Shown here in pieces: positions 1 to 7,372 of a DNA stretch of 42,606 nt. Under the pieces are notes generated by a model. That model made no database searches and was not told the DNA's origin. It saw only the letters and a program-made list of their open reading frames with translations. This DNA is from a virus. Taxonomy: Duplodnaviria > Caudoviricetes. Both the position numbers and the translations under genes were made by a program. How positions within the stretch are numbered: position 1 is the first letter of the stretch; every line of letters starts with the position of its first letter. The stretch covers positions 1 to 42,606 of the IMG/VR virus record IMGVR_UViG_3300047403_000111; one strand, 5' to 3'.

Positions 1-1
1 T

Positions 2-727
2 TTTCCCGATGCCGACATCATCGTCGGTGGATTTCCCTGTCAAGACGTATCACGAGCCGGGAAGCGCGCCGGAATTACCGGCGAGCGTTCAGGACTCTAC
101 CGGGAATTGGTGCGAGCCATTCGCGTGGTTCGACCGAAATACGCGATCCTGGAGACCGTGGCAGCGTTGCTTGGAAACGGGATGGGAGACGTTCTCGGGG
201 ACCTGGCCGAGGGCGGGGATTGTGTTGAATGGGATTGCGTTCCGGCGTGCGCCCTCGGCGCCCCTCACCAGAGAGATAGGATATGGATTGTTGCCCACGC
301 CGATAGCGAACGACGCGGAGAAACGAGGCAATTTCGACATCGACCGAAGCAGGTGCCTAACGGGAGAATTGAGACGCATGACGCTTCCGGCGCCACGAGC
401 ATCGGATGCGAACAAGGGCGGACGCGGCGATTTCCTGACAGTTTTGCGGGGGTACGAGACGCGACACGCCGGGACATTACCGACGCCGACATCAAGGGAT
501 TGGCGGAACGGAAAGGCGAGTTTGGACACACACAACAGGAACAGCAGGCCGTTAAACGAGACACTCACTGGGATGTCTGGCAATCGCAGTGGCCAAGTGA
601 ACCCGCGCTTCTTGGAGTGGATGATGGGATATCCAATCGGGTGGACTGCGTGCGCGCCCTCGGAAACTCCTTTATCCCGCAAATTCCGGAAATGATTGGC
701 CGCGCCATCATGGAAGCCGCGCAATGA
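2..727 (+). CDS. C5 cytosine DNA methyltransferase, catalytic (alpha) frame, 5'-truncated by the window edge
   Basis: Frame open from nt 2 reads DIIVGGFPCQDVS (motif IV, PC), AILETV (motif VI, normally ENV), PHQRDRIWIVA (motif VIII) and RALGNS (motif X). No motif IX in this frame. Confidence 0.92.
   Translation, partial: FPDADIIVGGFPCQDVSRAGKRAGITGERSGLYRELVRAIRVVRPKYAILETVAALLGNGMGDVLGDLAEGGDCVEWDCVPACALGAPHQRDRIWIVAHADSERRGETRQFRHRPKQVPNGRIETHDASGATSIGCEQGRTRRFPDSFAGVRDATRRDITDADIKGLAERKGEFGHTQQEQQAVKRDTHWDVWQSQWPSEPALLGVDDGISNRVDCVRALGNSFIPQIPEMIGRAIMEAAQ
9..695 (+). CDS. Overprinted methyltransferase partner (beta-type) polypeptide carrying motif IX
   Basis: 228-aa ORF inside the MTase in the +1 frame. 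It has three LP(T/A)PxxxD repeats and C-terminal VNPRFLEWMMGYPIGWT resembling motif IX. The frame is open to the window edge, so the true start may be upstream. Confidence 0.7.
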   Translation: MPTSSSVDFPVKTYHEPGSAPELPASVQDSTGNWCEPFAWFDRNTRSWRPWQRCLETGWETFSGTWPRAGIVLNGIAFRRAPSAPLTREIGYGLLPTPIANDAEKRGNFDIDRSRCLTGELRRMTLPAPRASDANKGGRGDFLTVLRGYETRHAGTLPTPTSRDWRNGKASLDTHNRNSRPLNETLTGMSGNRSGQVNPRFLEWMMGYPIGWTACAPSETPLSRKFRK

Positions 728-882
728 CCCGCCGATACCCTGAACACGACTTCCAGGCGGCGGCGCACGTCTTTCTGTGCCGTGCGCTGCCCCAGGGATT
801 GCACTGGGGTACCGATCACGCCGGGGCACGATCTCCGGCGGCTGGCGCCAGGCTCAAGCGGCGCGGCATCGTCCCTGGAATC
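724..882 (+). repeat. Copy 1 of 159-nt end repeat (copy 2 at 42448-42606)
   Basis: First 140 nt identical; 5 mismatches in the last 19 nt. Confidence 0.97.
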
Positions 883-1206
883 CCGGATCATTTCACGCTG
901 TATCGTGGCACGCTGATCGCTTGGGAGTGGAAGGCGGGGAAGAACTCCACCACGGATTCGCAGCTCGGCTTTGGTGCGGATGTCGTGGGCGCCGGGGGGA
1001 ATTTCTTCGTGTGTCGGACGATCGAGGAAATCGAGGCTGCGCTTCGTAGCCTGGGGTTTTCGCTGCGTGCGTCTGCCGGCGGGATCGACGAAAAGTTAGC
1101 CGCGCGCGCTGCCGCCCCCCGCAAGCAAGCCAAACCGCGCGCTGAAAAACCGACCACATCCCAGGTGCGCCGGGTGGAACGTCTGCGTGGTCGCGTAATG
1201 TTTTGA
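724..1206 (+). CDS. VRR-NUC / PD-(D/E)XK family nuclease
   Basis: EHDFQ, GIPD, WEWKAGK and SQ motifs; ATGA overlap with the MTase stop. Confidence 0.8.
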   Translation: MTRRYPEHDFQAAAHVFLCRALPQGLHWGTDHAGARSPAAGARLKRRGIVPGIPDHFTLYRGTLIAWEWKAGKNSTTDSQLGFGADVVGAGGNFFVCRTIEEIEAALRSLGFSLRASAGGIDEKLAARAAAPRKQAKPRAEKPTTSQVRRVERLRGRVMF

Positions 1207-1235
1207 TTGCTTCAACCTAGGCCATAGGCGATAAT
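1207..1235 (+). promoter_or_regulatory. Sigma70-like promoter for the replication genes
   Basis: TTGCTT-N17-GATAAT; palindrome GGCGA-TAA-TCGCC (1227-1239) overlaps the -10. Confidence 0.55.
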
Positions 1236-1264
1236 CGCCGTGTGTGCTGCAATAGTGAGCGAGT

Positions 1265-1573
1265 GTGATGCAGATTTCGGTGACTGACTGGCGTGAAATG
1301 AAGCGCAATTCTCTGCGTGGGTTCGCCACCATCCGCGTCGGAGGTCTTATCATCAAGGACGTGGCCCTGCATACCAGCTTCGGCAAGCGGTGGGCGCAGC
1401 TCCCCGCCAAGCCGATCATTGATCGGGACGGCCACGCCAAGCGCGGCGAGAACGGCAAGGTCCAGTATGTGCCGGTGCTGGAATGGCGGAGCCGGGAGCT
1501 TTCCGACGATTTTTCCAATTCCGTGATCGAAGCGGTCGAGCGAGAGTATCCAGGCGCCACGGCGGCGGACTAA
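1265..1573 (+). CDS. SpoVG-like nucleic-acid-binding protein (possible SSB substitute)
   Basis: LRGFATIRV..LIIKDV..WAQLPAKP pattern resembles the SpoVG fold; directly upstream of the primase. Confidence 0.55.
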   Translation: MMQISVTDWREMKRNSLRGFATIRVGGLIIKDVALHTSFGKRWAQLPAKPIIDRDGHAKRGENGKVQYVPVLEWRSRELSDDFSNSVIEAVEREYPGATAAD

Positions 1574-1577
1574 TGCC

Positions 1578-3695
1578 ATGGACCCCGCGTCGGTTACGGC
1601 GCTCCGGGCGGAACTATGGCGGCGCGGCTGGCGCCCGTTGGCCGTGGTCAATCACGATGCCCAAGGGCCATCGCCCGGCAAGCGCCCCATTGGCAAAGAT
1701 TGGCGCGGCGCCGCCCTAGCGGACCCGCCATGGGCAGCCTGCCACCCAGCGGTTGACCACGCTCTAAACACCGGCATTCTGTGCGATGGTCTACGGGCGA
1801 TTGACCTGGATATTGAGGACCGGGGCATAGTCGATCGGTTGGTCACGCTGGCCGAGACAGTTCTTGGGTTAGCGCCGATGCGATACCGGGCCAACTCGCC
1901 GCGCTCCCTGTTGGTCTACCGTGCTGCGGAGGGCGCGCCAGAGAAGGAATCCATTGCCAGCGACGCCGGCAAGGTGGAGGTTCTCGGCGCGGGCCAGCAG
2001 TTTGTGGCGTTCGGTATGCACCATTCTGGCGCGGCTTTGGAGTGGACCACGTCGCTGGATGAAATCTCCTTCGCGGATGTTCCCGCCGTCACGCGGGAGC
2101 AAATCAGGGATTTCCTGACCTATGCTGCCCGGATCATCGGCGCCGCCCCACCAAAGGAACCCCCGCCGCCCCGCGCCGGGGACAACAGTGCGTCGGATTT
2201 TCTGTCCACCGCCAGGGCGATATCGGCCATCCCGAACGGTCCAACGATGGATTCCTGGGAGGCGTGGAACCGCGTCGGCATGGCGTTGTGGGCCGCCACG
2301 GAGGGTTCTGAGGCAGGGCGCACGCTGTGGCACGAGTGGAGCAAACAGCATCCGACCTACGACGCAGCGAACACGGACGCGCGGTGGGACGCCATCACCA
2401 GCAGCCCCCCATCGTCAATCGGTGCCGGCACGCTGTTCTACATGGCTCGCCAAGCCGCGTCGCCGCCGCCCGACGATCATGCATATGACGATGCCCCCAA
2501 GGCTGAAACACCTTCGCCGCGCCCCCCAGGATCGCCGCTGGGGCGGGCATTTGACGCGGCGAGGCTGGCAACGCTGGAACCCTACCAGTGGCTTTACGGA
2601 CGGTTTCTGTGTGCCGGCTATATGTCACTGCTTGGCGCTCCGTCCGGCGTTGGCAAGACCGCCTATCTCGTTCACGCCGCCGTGAGCCTGGCGCTAGGGC
2701 GGGATATCCTCGGCGAGGTAGTCGGCCCCCGCGTTCGGGTCTGGCTAATCAACGGGGAGGACGACACCGCGCATTTGGACAAGCTCGTTTGGGCCTGCTG
2801 CCTCTATCACCAGATCGATCCCGCCGAGTTGGAGGGCTGGCTCTGGCTTACCGGCGCCGAGGACGAGCATATTCTGGTGGCCACCCAAATCGAGGGCCGG
2901 CTTATTCGAACCCCCGTTTATGAGCGGGTCCAGGATTTCGTCGCTGCCAATGAAATCAAAGCCCTGTCGGTCGATCCGTTCGTGGATACCCACGGCCTGG
3001 AAGAAAACAACAACGAGCAGATGAACCATGCGGCCCGGGTCTGGTATGACCTGGCGCGGGAATTTCGCCTTGGCGTATTCGTCGCGCACCATTTCCGCAA
3101 GGGCGGCGTCTCCGGCGACCAGGACGCTTTCCGCGGCGCCGCCGCCCTGATCGGGAAATCCCGTATCGCTCGAACCCTTGGGGTCATGAGTGCCGAGGAT
3201 GCGTCCAAGCTGGGGGTATCTGAGGACGAGCGGAGATACTTCCTGCGGCTGGACAACGCCAAATCCAACCTCTCCGCCCCCGCGACATCCGCCCACTGGC
3301 TGCGCTTGGAAAGCGTTGACCTGCCCAATGGCGACAACATCCAGGCGCTGAAACGCTGGGAGCCGCCAGGCGTGATGGACGGCCTTACCTGGCCCCAGAT
3401 TTCCGCGATTCTGGCCGCCATCGAGCGCGGCCTGGGAGACGGGGAATACTACACCCTGGCCCGATCCGGCGCGTCCGCTACCCGCTGGGCTGGGCTGGCT
3501 TTCGTTGGAATTGCGGATCGTCAGCCCGGCCAGATCGTCAGTATTCTAGCCGCCTGGGAGAAGTCCGGGCTGCTCCAAACCGGCCAATATCACAGCCCGA
3601 GCCAAAGCAAATCGCGTGGATGCGTCCGTGTCAATCAGGAGAAATTATCAGAAATGAGACGCGAATATGAGCGCGCGCCGAGCGATGATTTTTAG
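1578..3695 (+). CDS. Primase-helicase: N-terminal prim-pol, PriCT-2, RecA-family (AAA_25/RepA-like) helicase
   Basis: GKRP..W, NTGIL..LRAIDLD (prim-pol); W..VGMAL..G..LW.EWS (PriCT-2); GAPSGVGKT Walker A, LSVDP Walker B, AHHFRK, FRGA. Confidence 0.9.
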   Translation: MDPASVTALRAELWRRGWRPLAVVNHDAQGPSPGKRPIGKDWRGAALADPPWAACHPAVDHALNTGILCDGLRAIDLDIEDRGIVDRLVTLAETVLGLAPMRYRANSPRSLLVYRAAEGAPEKESIASDAGKVEVLGAGQQFVAFGMHHSGAALEWTTSLDEISFADVPAVTREQIRDFLTYAARIIGAAPPKEPPPPRAGDNSASDFLSTARAISAIPNGPTMDSWEAWNRVGMALWAATEGSEAGRTLWHEWSKQHPTYDAANTDARWDAITSSPPSSIGAGTLFYMARQAASPPPDDHAYDDAPKAETPSPRPPGSPLGRAFDAARLATLEPYQWLYGRFLCAGYMSLLGAPSGVGKTAYLVHAAVSLALGRDILGEVVGPRVRVWLINGEDDTAHLDKLVWACCLYHQIDPAELEGWLWLTGAEDEHILVATQIEGRLIRTPVYERVQDFVAANEIKALSVDPFVDTHGLEENNNEQMNHAARVWYDLAREFRLGVFVAHHFRKGGVSGDQDAFRGAAALIGKSRIARTLGVMSAEDASKLGVSEDERRYFLRLDNAKSNLSAPATSAHWLRLESVDLPNGDNIQALKRWEPPGVMDGLTWPQISAILAAIERGLGDGEYYTLARSGASATRWAGLAFVGIADRQPGQIVSILAAWEKSGLLQTGQYHSPSQSKSRGCVRVNQEKLSEMRREYERAPSDDF

Positions 3696-3700
3696 CCTCG

Positions 3701-3888
3701 GAATGGCGGAGAATGGCGGGGAGAATGGCGGCGAATGGCGGATTTTTATCCGCCGCCATTCAAAAGTAGCTAGGTTAAAACCGAATGGCGGCGACCCCTC
3801 CATTGGTCCGCTGAATGGCGGACCCAATGGCGGGGATCGGCGGCCGATATTCGGTTTTACCCGCCACTAGCTACAGTCGGAATGGCGG
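3701..3888. repeat. Iteron-like (G)AATGGCGG cluster; probable replication origin
   Basis: Direct copies at 3701, 3711, 3723, 3733, 3783, 3813, 3825 (C variant) and 3880; one inverted copy at 3753-3761; immediately after the primase-helicase. Confidence 0.75.
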
Positions 3889-3908
3889 AATGAAAGGCCG
3901 GCTCACAA

Positions 3909-4112
3909 ATGCGACCGCCACAAAAGCCAAAGGACCCCGCGCCATGGCTGCTCATCGCGCTTTGGTCCTATGGAGCCTCGGTGAGGATCGCCCCAGACGG
4001 CGGCTTGAGGATTACCCCCCACGCATCCGGCAGGCGCATCCCTGCGGCCCTGCTGGCAGCGGCAAGGCGTCACGATGCGGCGCTGACGGAGTGGGTGGCG
4101 GAAAATGGGTGA
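3909..4112 (+). CDS. Small hypothetical protein (TubC N-terminal docking-like pattern)
   Basis: LL..L...G.SV....DGGLR.....IP..L...RH...L pattern typical of small primase-linked phage proteins. Confidence 0.45.
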   Translation: MRPPQKPKDPAPWLLIALWSYGASVRIAPDGGLRITPHASGRRIPAALLAAARRHDAALTEWVAENG

Positions 4113-4298
4113 AGGCCGGAATATAGGTGGGGGGCTACGCTATTCGGTTTTGCCCGCTACTAGGCACTGGCGGGGATAGCGGAACAGGAGGGGTGTTTCA
4201 GAGGATGAGACAATGCAACGGAGTAAATTGGGCGGAATTGCGGGGAATTTACTCCGGCAGGAATGCGGCGCCTACCATACCGACGCGCGCGCGGTCTA

Positions 4299-4478
4299 TC
4301 ACCTGGAGTTGTGCTGCGCATCCATCATCCGAAACAGCAGCGCGATCGGCCGAGGTATCCCAGCCTCGCCTCGCACCCACCGATTGACGGTGCGGAGGCC
4401 GACGCCGATGCGGCGCGCTGCCTGTGTCTGTGAGAGACCGAGGCGGGCGAGGATGGCGCGGAGTTCGGCGGGCGTCAT
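4299..4478 (-). CDS. XRE-family HTH protein, 59 aa (not in the ORF track)
   Basis: Hand translation: MTPAELRAILARLGLSQTQAARRIGVGLRTVNRWVRGEAGIPRPIALLFRMMDAQHNSR; ATGA overlap with the upstream gene. Confidence 0.85.
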   Translation of the reverse strand: MTPAELRAILARLGLSQTQAARRIGVGLRTVNRWVRGEAGIPRPIALLFRMMDAQHNSR

Positions 4479-4786
4479 GCGGCTTGCCCGTATCGCTTCG
4501 CGTAATGCGCCCGGCGAGCCAGGAGGGCGGCATGGACGGCCGGATAAAGGTCATGCGTTGGCAGAACGCGGATGCAATCCTTCTCGAAATAGTCCGTTTG
4601 CATGTCGGTGTTGTTTTCGATTTTGAATGCGCCGGCGATTTCCGGGCTGAAGCCACGATACCCACGAGCGCGAATTGTAATCGTGCCGGCCGGATAGCTC
4701 CGCAATGGGCAGTCATCGTAGTAGGCAAACTGTAATTTGCCGCCGTTGGCTTTGATTCCGTTGTAGAAGAATTTGAAGGTGGTCAT
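4475..4786 (-). CDS. Hypothetical early protein, 103 aa
   Basis: AGGAG RBS upstream; globular composition; coupled to the HTH gene. Confidence 0.8.
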   Translation of the reverse strand: MTTFKFFYNGIKANGGKLQFAYYDDCPLRSYPAGTITIRARGYRGFSPEIAGAFKIENNTDMQTDYFEKDCIRVLPTHDLYPAVHAALLARRAHYAKRYGQAA

Positions 4787-4811
4787 TGTCTGTCTCCTGT
4801 GTGCGGGGGGG

Positions 4812-5018
4812 TTAGGCGTATTCGCCTTCGTTGAAGGCGCAGTCGGTGATCTGCTTCAGCAACTCGGCGTAGCGGCCCAGCGTTCCGACATGGCCCCAAT
4901 TAATTTCGTCGGGCGCGTAGTCGAAGTGGTCATCGCTCAGGTTCTTCAGCCGGTCGATCATCGCGTCGATTTCGGCCTTGCGGGCGATGAAGGCTTCAAG
5001 TGCGCTTTTGCGATCCAT
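4812..5018 (-). CDS. Hypothetical early protein, 68 aa (MDRKSALEAFIARK..INWGHVG)
   Basis: AGGAG RBS before ATG 5018. The track's longer 5153 start adds a segment that may be a separate remnant. Confidence 0.8.
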   Translation of the reverse strand: MDRKSALEAFIARKAEIDAMIDRLKNLSDDHFDYAPDEINWGHVGTLGRYAELLKQITDCAFNEGEYA

Positions 5019-5167
5019 CTGTCTATCTCCTGTGTGCGGGGAGGGGTGCAAGTGCGGGTTAGCGTGCCTGGTGCTATGTTTCGTAAAGGCAGTTGCGTGG
5101 GTGAAAGATATGCCCGCGTTCATCAAACGGATCACACATTCATGGGTTTTCATAGGTATTCTCTTTC

Positions 5168-5434
5168 TTACAGAGTTTCGTCAGGAGAAGTATCGAAGGT
5201 GAAGATTGCTACGTTGCAGGCTAATACACCATACTTTCGTGCATCGTGATAGGTTTTGAAATATCCTTCTTCTTCTACATCAACGCACCAACATTTGCCA
5301 TATTCTTTTACCATATCTCTTTCAAATTCATTGAGCCTTTCAATGTCATCTTCATCTAATCCGCTGTCATCTCCATTGATTAGGGCCGAAGCCCAATGTT
5401 GCGGCAGTTCATAGGTAGTGAAAAGGTGTTTCAT
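5168..5434 (-). CDS. Acidic hypothetical early protein on an AT-rich patch
   Basis: GAAGGA RBS; LP.HWASALINGD.SGL motif; markedly lower GC than flanks. Confidence 0.8.
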   Translation of the reverse strand: MKHLFTTYELPQHWASALINGDDSGLDEDDIERLNEFERDMVKEYGKCWCVDVEEEGYFKTYHDARKYGVLACNVAIFTFDTSPDETL

Positions 5435-5475
5435 TGTTTGTTCCTTCAGTTACATCTTATTAATACGGTATTGAG

Positions 5476-5664
5476 TTACCGGCTTAATTTGACCGGCGAG
5501 TTGCTTTGTGCCATCCGAAGGTGGCGGTACTGGCCAGCGGCCCAGTTATCAATAAACCGGATTTCCTCATTGTAGGTTTCTGGGGTTATCCGGCCAGCCA
5601 GAAATGCGCGATCCAGACGATCGATTTTGATTTCGACGCGGCGTTCGATCTGTTCTTCATTCAT
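5476..5664 (-). CDS. Hypothetical early protein, 62 aa (MNEEQIERRVE..)
   Basis: GAGGA RBS before ATG 5664; first gene after the leftward promoter. Confidence 0.7.
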   Translation of the reverse strand: MNEEQIERRVEIKIDRLDRAFLAGRITPETYNEEIRFIDNWAAGQYRHLRMAQSNSPVKLSR

Positions 5665-5710
5665 TGGTCTGTGTCCTCTATTCCCTCGGCCTGATTGCCT
5701 CGGTGACGGC

Positions 5711-5739
5711 ACACTGCGCCAATCTGGCGTGGGTGTCAA
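5711..5739 (-). promoter_or_regulatory. Leftward early promoter with palindrome in the spacer
   Basis: TTGACA-N17-CAGTGT on the minus strand; CGCCA-ATC-TGGCG at 5717-5729. Confidence 0.55.
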
Positions 5740-5797
5740 GCGCTTTTTGTGAGTATTGTGAGATTTATTCGGGTTTATCCCGTCCGTGGCTAAACCG

Positions 5798-5826
5798 TTG
5801 CACCGGCTAGGCAGGCCCGGTATTAT
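5798..5826 (+). promoter_or_regulatory. Rightward sigma70-like promoter
   Basis: TTGCAC-N17-TATTAT. Confidence 0.55.
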
Positions 5827-5927
5827 CGGCCCGCAGGGGAGCTTTTTGAGGGCAGGCCCTGTGTCCGCCAGCGAGGCCGACCCCGACTGTGAATCGGGGT
5901 CGGTTCGGCGCGGGGCGCGTGATTTCG

Positions 5928-5956
5928 TTGCGCCGCCCCGCCAATCCCGCTATACC
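5928..5956 (+). promoter_or_regulatory. Second rightward sigma70-like promoter
   Basis: TTGCGC-N17-TATACC, followed by GGAGGT RBS (5965-5970). Confidence 0.5.
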
Positions 5957-5975
5957 TTCCGCCCGGAGGTGCCGA

Positions 5976-6455
5976 TTGCCCGATTGCCCGCTCCCCGTCG
6001 CCCCGGCCATGGCCGCCCGGCCCCAGCGCACAGTTCAATACCAGCAGCGCGTGAGCGCCACCCGCACGATTGCCGTGACCAGGACGGTTTACGCCGATGC
6101 CACGCTGGCCGACGCGCTCCATTATGCCGGTGTGCTTGACGAGCGGCAGCACACGGCGGCGTGTCGGCTTTACGGGCTACACCTGGCTGCAGGCCTGCTG
6201 CCTCGCCTCACGCCGCGTGTGGACGTGGTGCATGACGAAGCGGAGGAGGAGGCCGACGCATCCGAGGGCGTCCCCGATGGGGAGGCGCGATGGGTCTACC
6301 GCCAGCTACTCCGCGAGGTCGGGCCGGTCTACGGGCCAGCGCTCGACGCCCTGATGCTGGGCCGGCACGGCGGAATTGGGCGGTATACGGTGATCCAGGA
6401 CGCGCTCGACGCACTGGCGGATCGGTGGGGGATGGATGTCGCGCCTAGTCTGTAG
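5976..6455 (+). CDS. DUF6456-like late-gene regulator (Q/GafA-like position)
   Basis: L..AG.L...Q..AA.RL, Y..L...VGP and ALDALA..WG pattern; TTG start 5 nt after GGAGGT; upstream of the packaging genes. Confidence 0.6.
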   Translation: MPDCPLPVAPAMAARPQRTVQYQQRVSATRTIAVTRTVYADATLADALHYAGVLDERQHTAACRLYGLHLAAGLLPRLTPRVDVVHDEAEEEADASEGVPDGEARWVYRQLLREVGPVYGPALDALMLGRHGGIGRYTVIQDALDALADRWGMDVAPSL

Positions 6456-6678
6456 TGTTGGCATGGTCCTGTGGCTGGCCTGGGTGAGCGTCGCCCAGGC
6501 GCAATATCGACCGTTTGAGACGCGCGCCGAGGCACACCAGCGGCACAGTGCTGAGCGGTGGCAGCAATACGAGCATAGAGGCTACGAGGCTCCGCTCGGG
6601 GGCTATCGTGACCGGCTGGGCGACCCAGCGCCCTACGGGACGGAACAGCCGGGATGGGCCGTGCCGCCGTATCGGTGA
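6436..6678 (+). CDS. Small exported protein with Sec signal peptide
   Basis: MSRLVCSVGMVLWLAWVSVAQA|QY: hydrophobic core and AQA cleavage site. Confidence 0.6.
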   Translation: MSRLVCSVGMVLWLAWVSVAQAQYRPFETRAEAHQRHSAERWQQYEHRGYEAPLGGYRDRLGDPAPYGTEQPGWAVPPYR

Positions 6679-6697
6679 TGGCCGGAGCGGTTTTTTC

Positions 6698-6736
6698 TTG
6701 ACACACGCACCCAAAATCTGGGACATGTCACGTGAC
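6698..6736 (+). promoter_or_regulatory. Candidate late promoter
   Basis: TTGACA at 6698 after a T-tract; poor -10; perfect palindrome GTCACGTGAC at 6727-6736; precedes the packaging/structural operon. Confidence 0.35.
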
Positions 6737-6785
6737 GGGCGTAGTGTGTCCATTTTTCGGCGCCCAATTCCCAACAGGTGAGACG

Positions 6786-7040
6786 ATAGCCAAGCGCCCC
6801 AATGCCGTTGGCCGCCCTCCCACGTCCGGAACGCGGCACGGCAACGGGCGGGGCTGGGGCGGCCCGGCCAAAGGCGCATCCGTTGCGCCGGAGCCGATCA
6901 CATACGGCCCGCAGTTTACCACCGACCATCAGCCGCCACCGCCGCACGTGACGACCCGCCGCCGCCGCCGCCGTGCCCAGCGTTTGGATGCGCTGGCGGA
7001 CACGCTCCACCAGGTAATCCTAGGCCAGAGGAATGACTGA
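6786..7040 (+). CDS. Terminase small subunit-like, N-terminal part (possible ATA start; track start 6732)
   Basis: (M)AKRPNAVGRPP..GNGRGWGGPAKG..F..DHQP; AGGTGAG upstream of ATA 6786. Confidence 0.45.
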   Translation: MAKRPNAVGRPPTSGTRHGNGRGWGGPAKGASVAPEPITYGPQFTTDHQPPPPHVTTRRRRRRAQRLDALADTLHQVILGQRND

Positions 7041-7296
7041 CAAAGCCACCCGTCTTGAGCAGCACGAGATGCAGATGGACCACATGCACAAGGTCGCGCT
7101 CGGCCTGGTCGAGGCGCAGCCGGTGCAGGTGGCGGCGTTCCGCGAGTTCGGCAACCGCGTGCTCGGTATGCCGCGTGCCCGCACCGAGGTCACAGGGGCC
7201 GATGGTGCGCCGCTGACGCCCGAGGCCGATCCTGTAGAGATCGCGCGCCGCGTGGCGTTTTTGCTGGCGGCAGGCGCCGCGCACACCGAGAAGTAG
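7033..7296 (+). CDS. Terminase small subunit-like, C-terminal part
   Basis: RVLGMP..EVTGADGAPL..EIARRVAFLL, a typical TerS C-terminus; GAGGA upstream. Confidence 0.55.
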   Translation: MTDKATRLEQHEMQMDHMHKVALGLVEAQPVQVAAFREFGNRVLGMPRARTEVTGADGAPLTPEADPVEIARRVAFLLAAGAAHTEK

Positions 7297-7372
7297 CTAC
7301 CCCCGACAATCCAAGCCTCCCGCGCCGGATCACCGGCTGTTTCCTCACGCCTAGAGAAAGGACCACATCACG

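Noticed and set aside
724-882. True direct terminal repeat of the virion DNA
   Set aside because: Copy 1 is internal to the window and the copies diverge at codon-tolerated positions.
3701-3888. CRISPR or mini-array
   Set aside because: Units are 8-9 nt with irregular gaps, several of only 1-3 nt; no cas genes.
5019-5153. Separate gene or extension MKTHECVIRL..
   Set aside because: It reads in frame through the repeated leader into the 68-aa gene; I cannot tell a remnant from a real extension, so it is not called.
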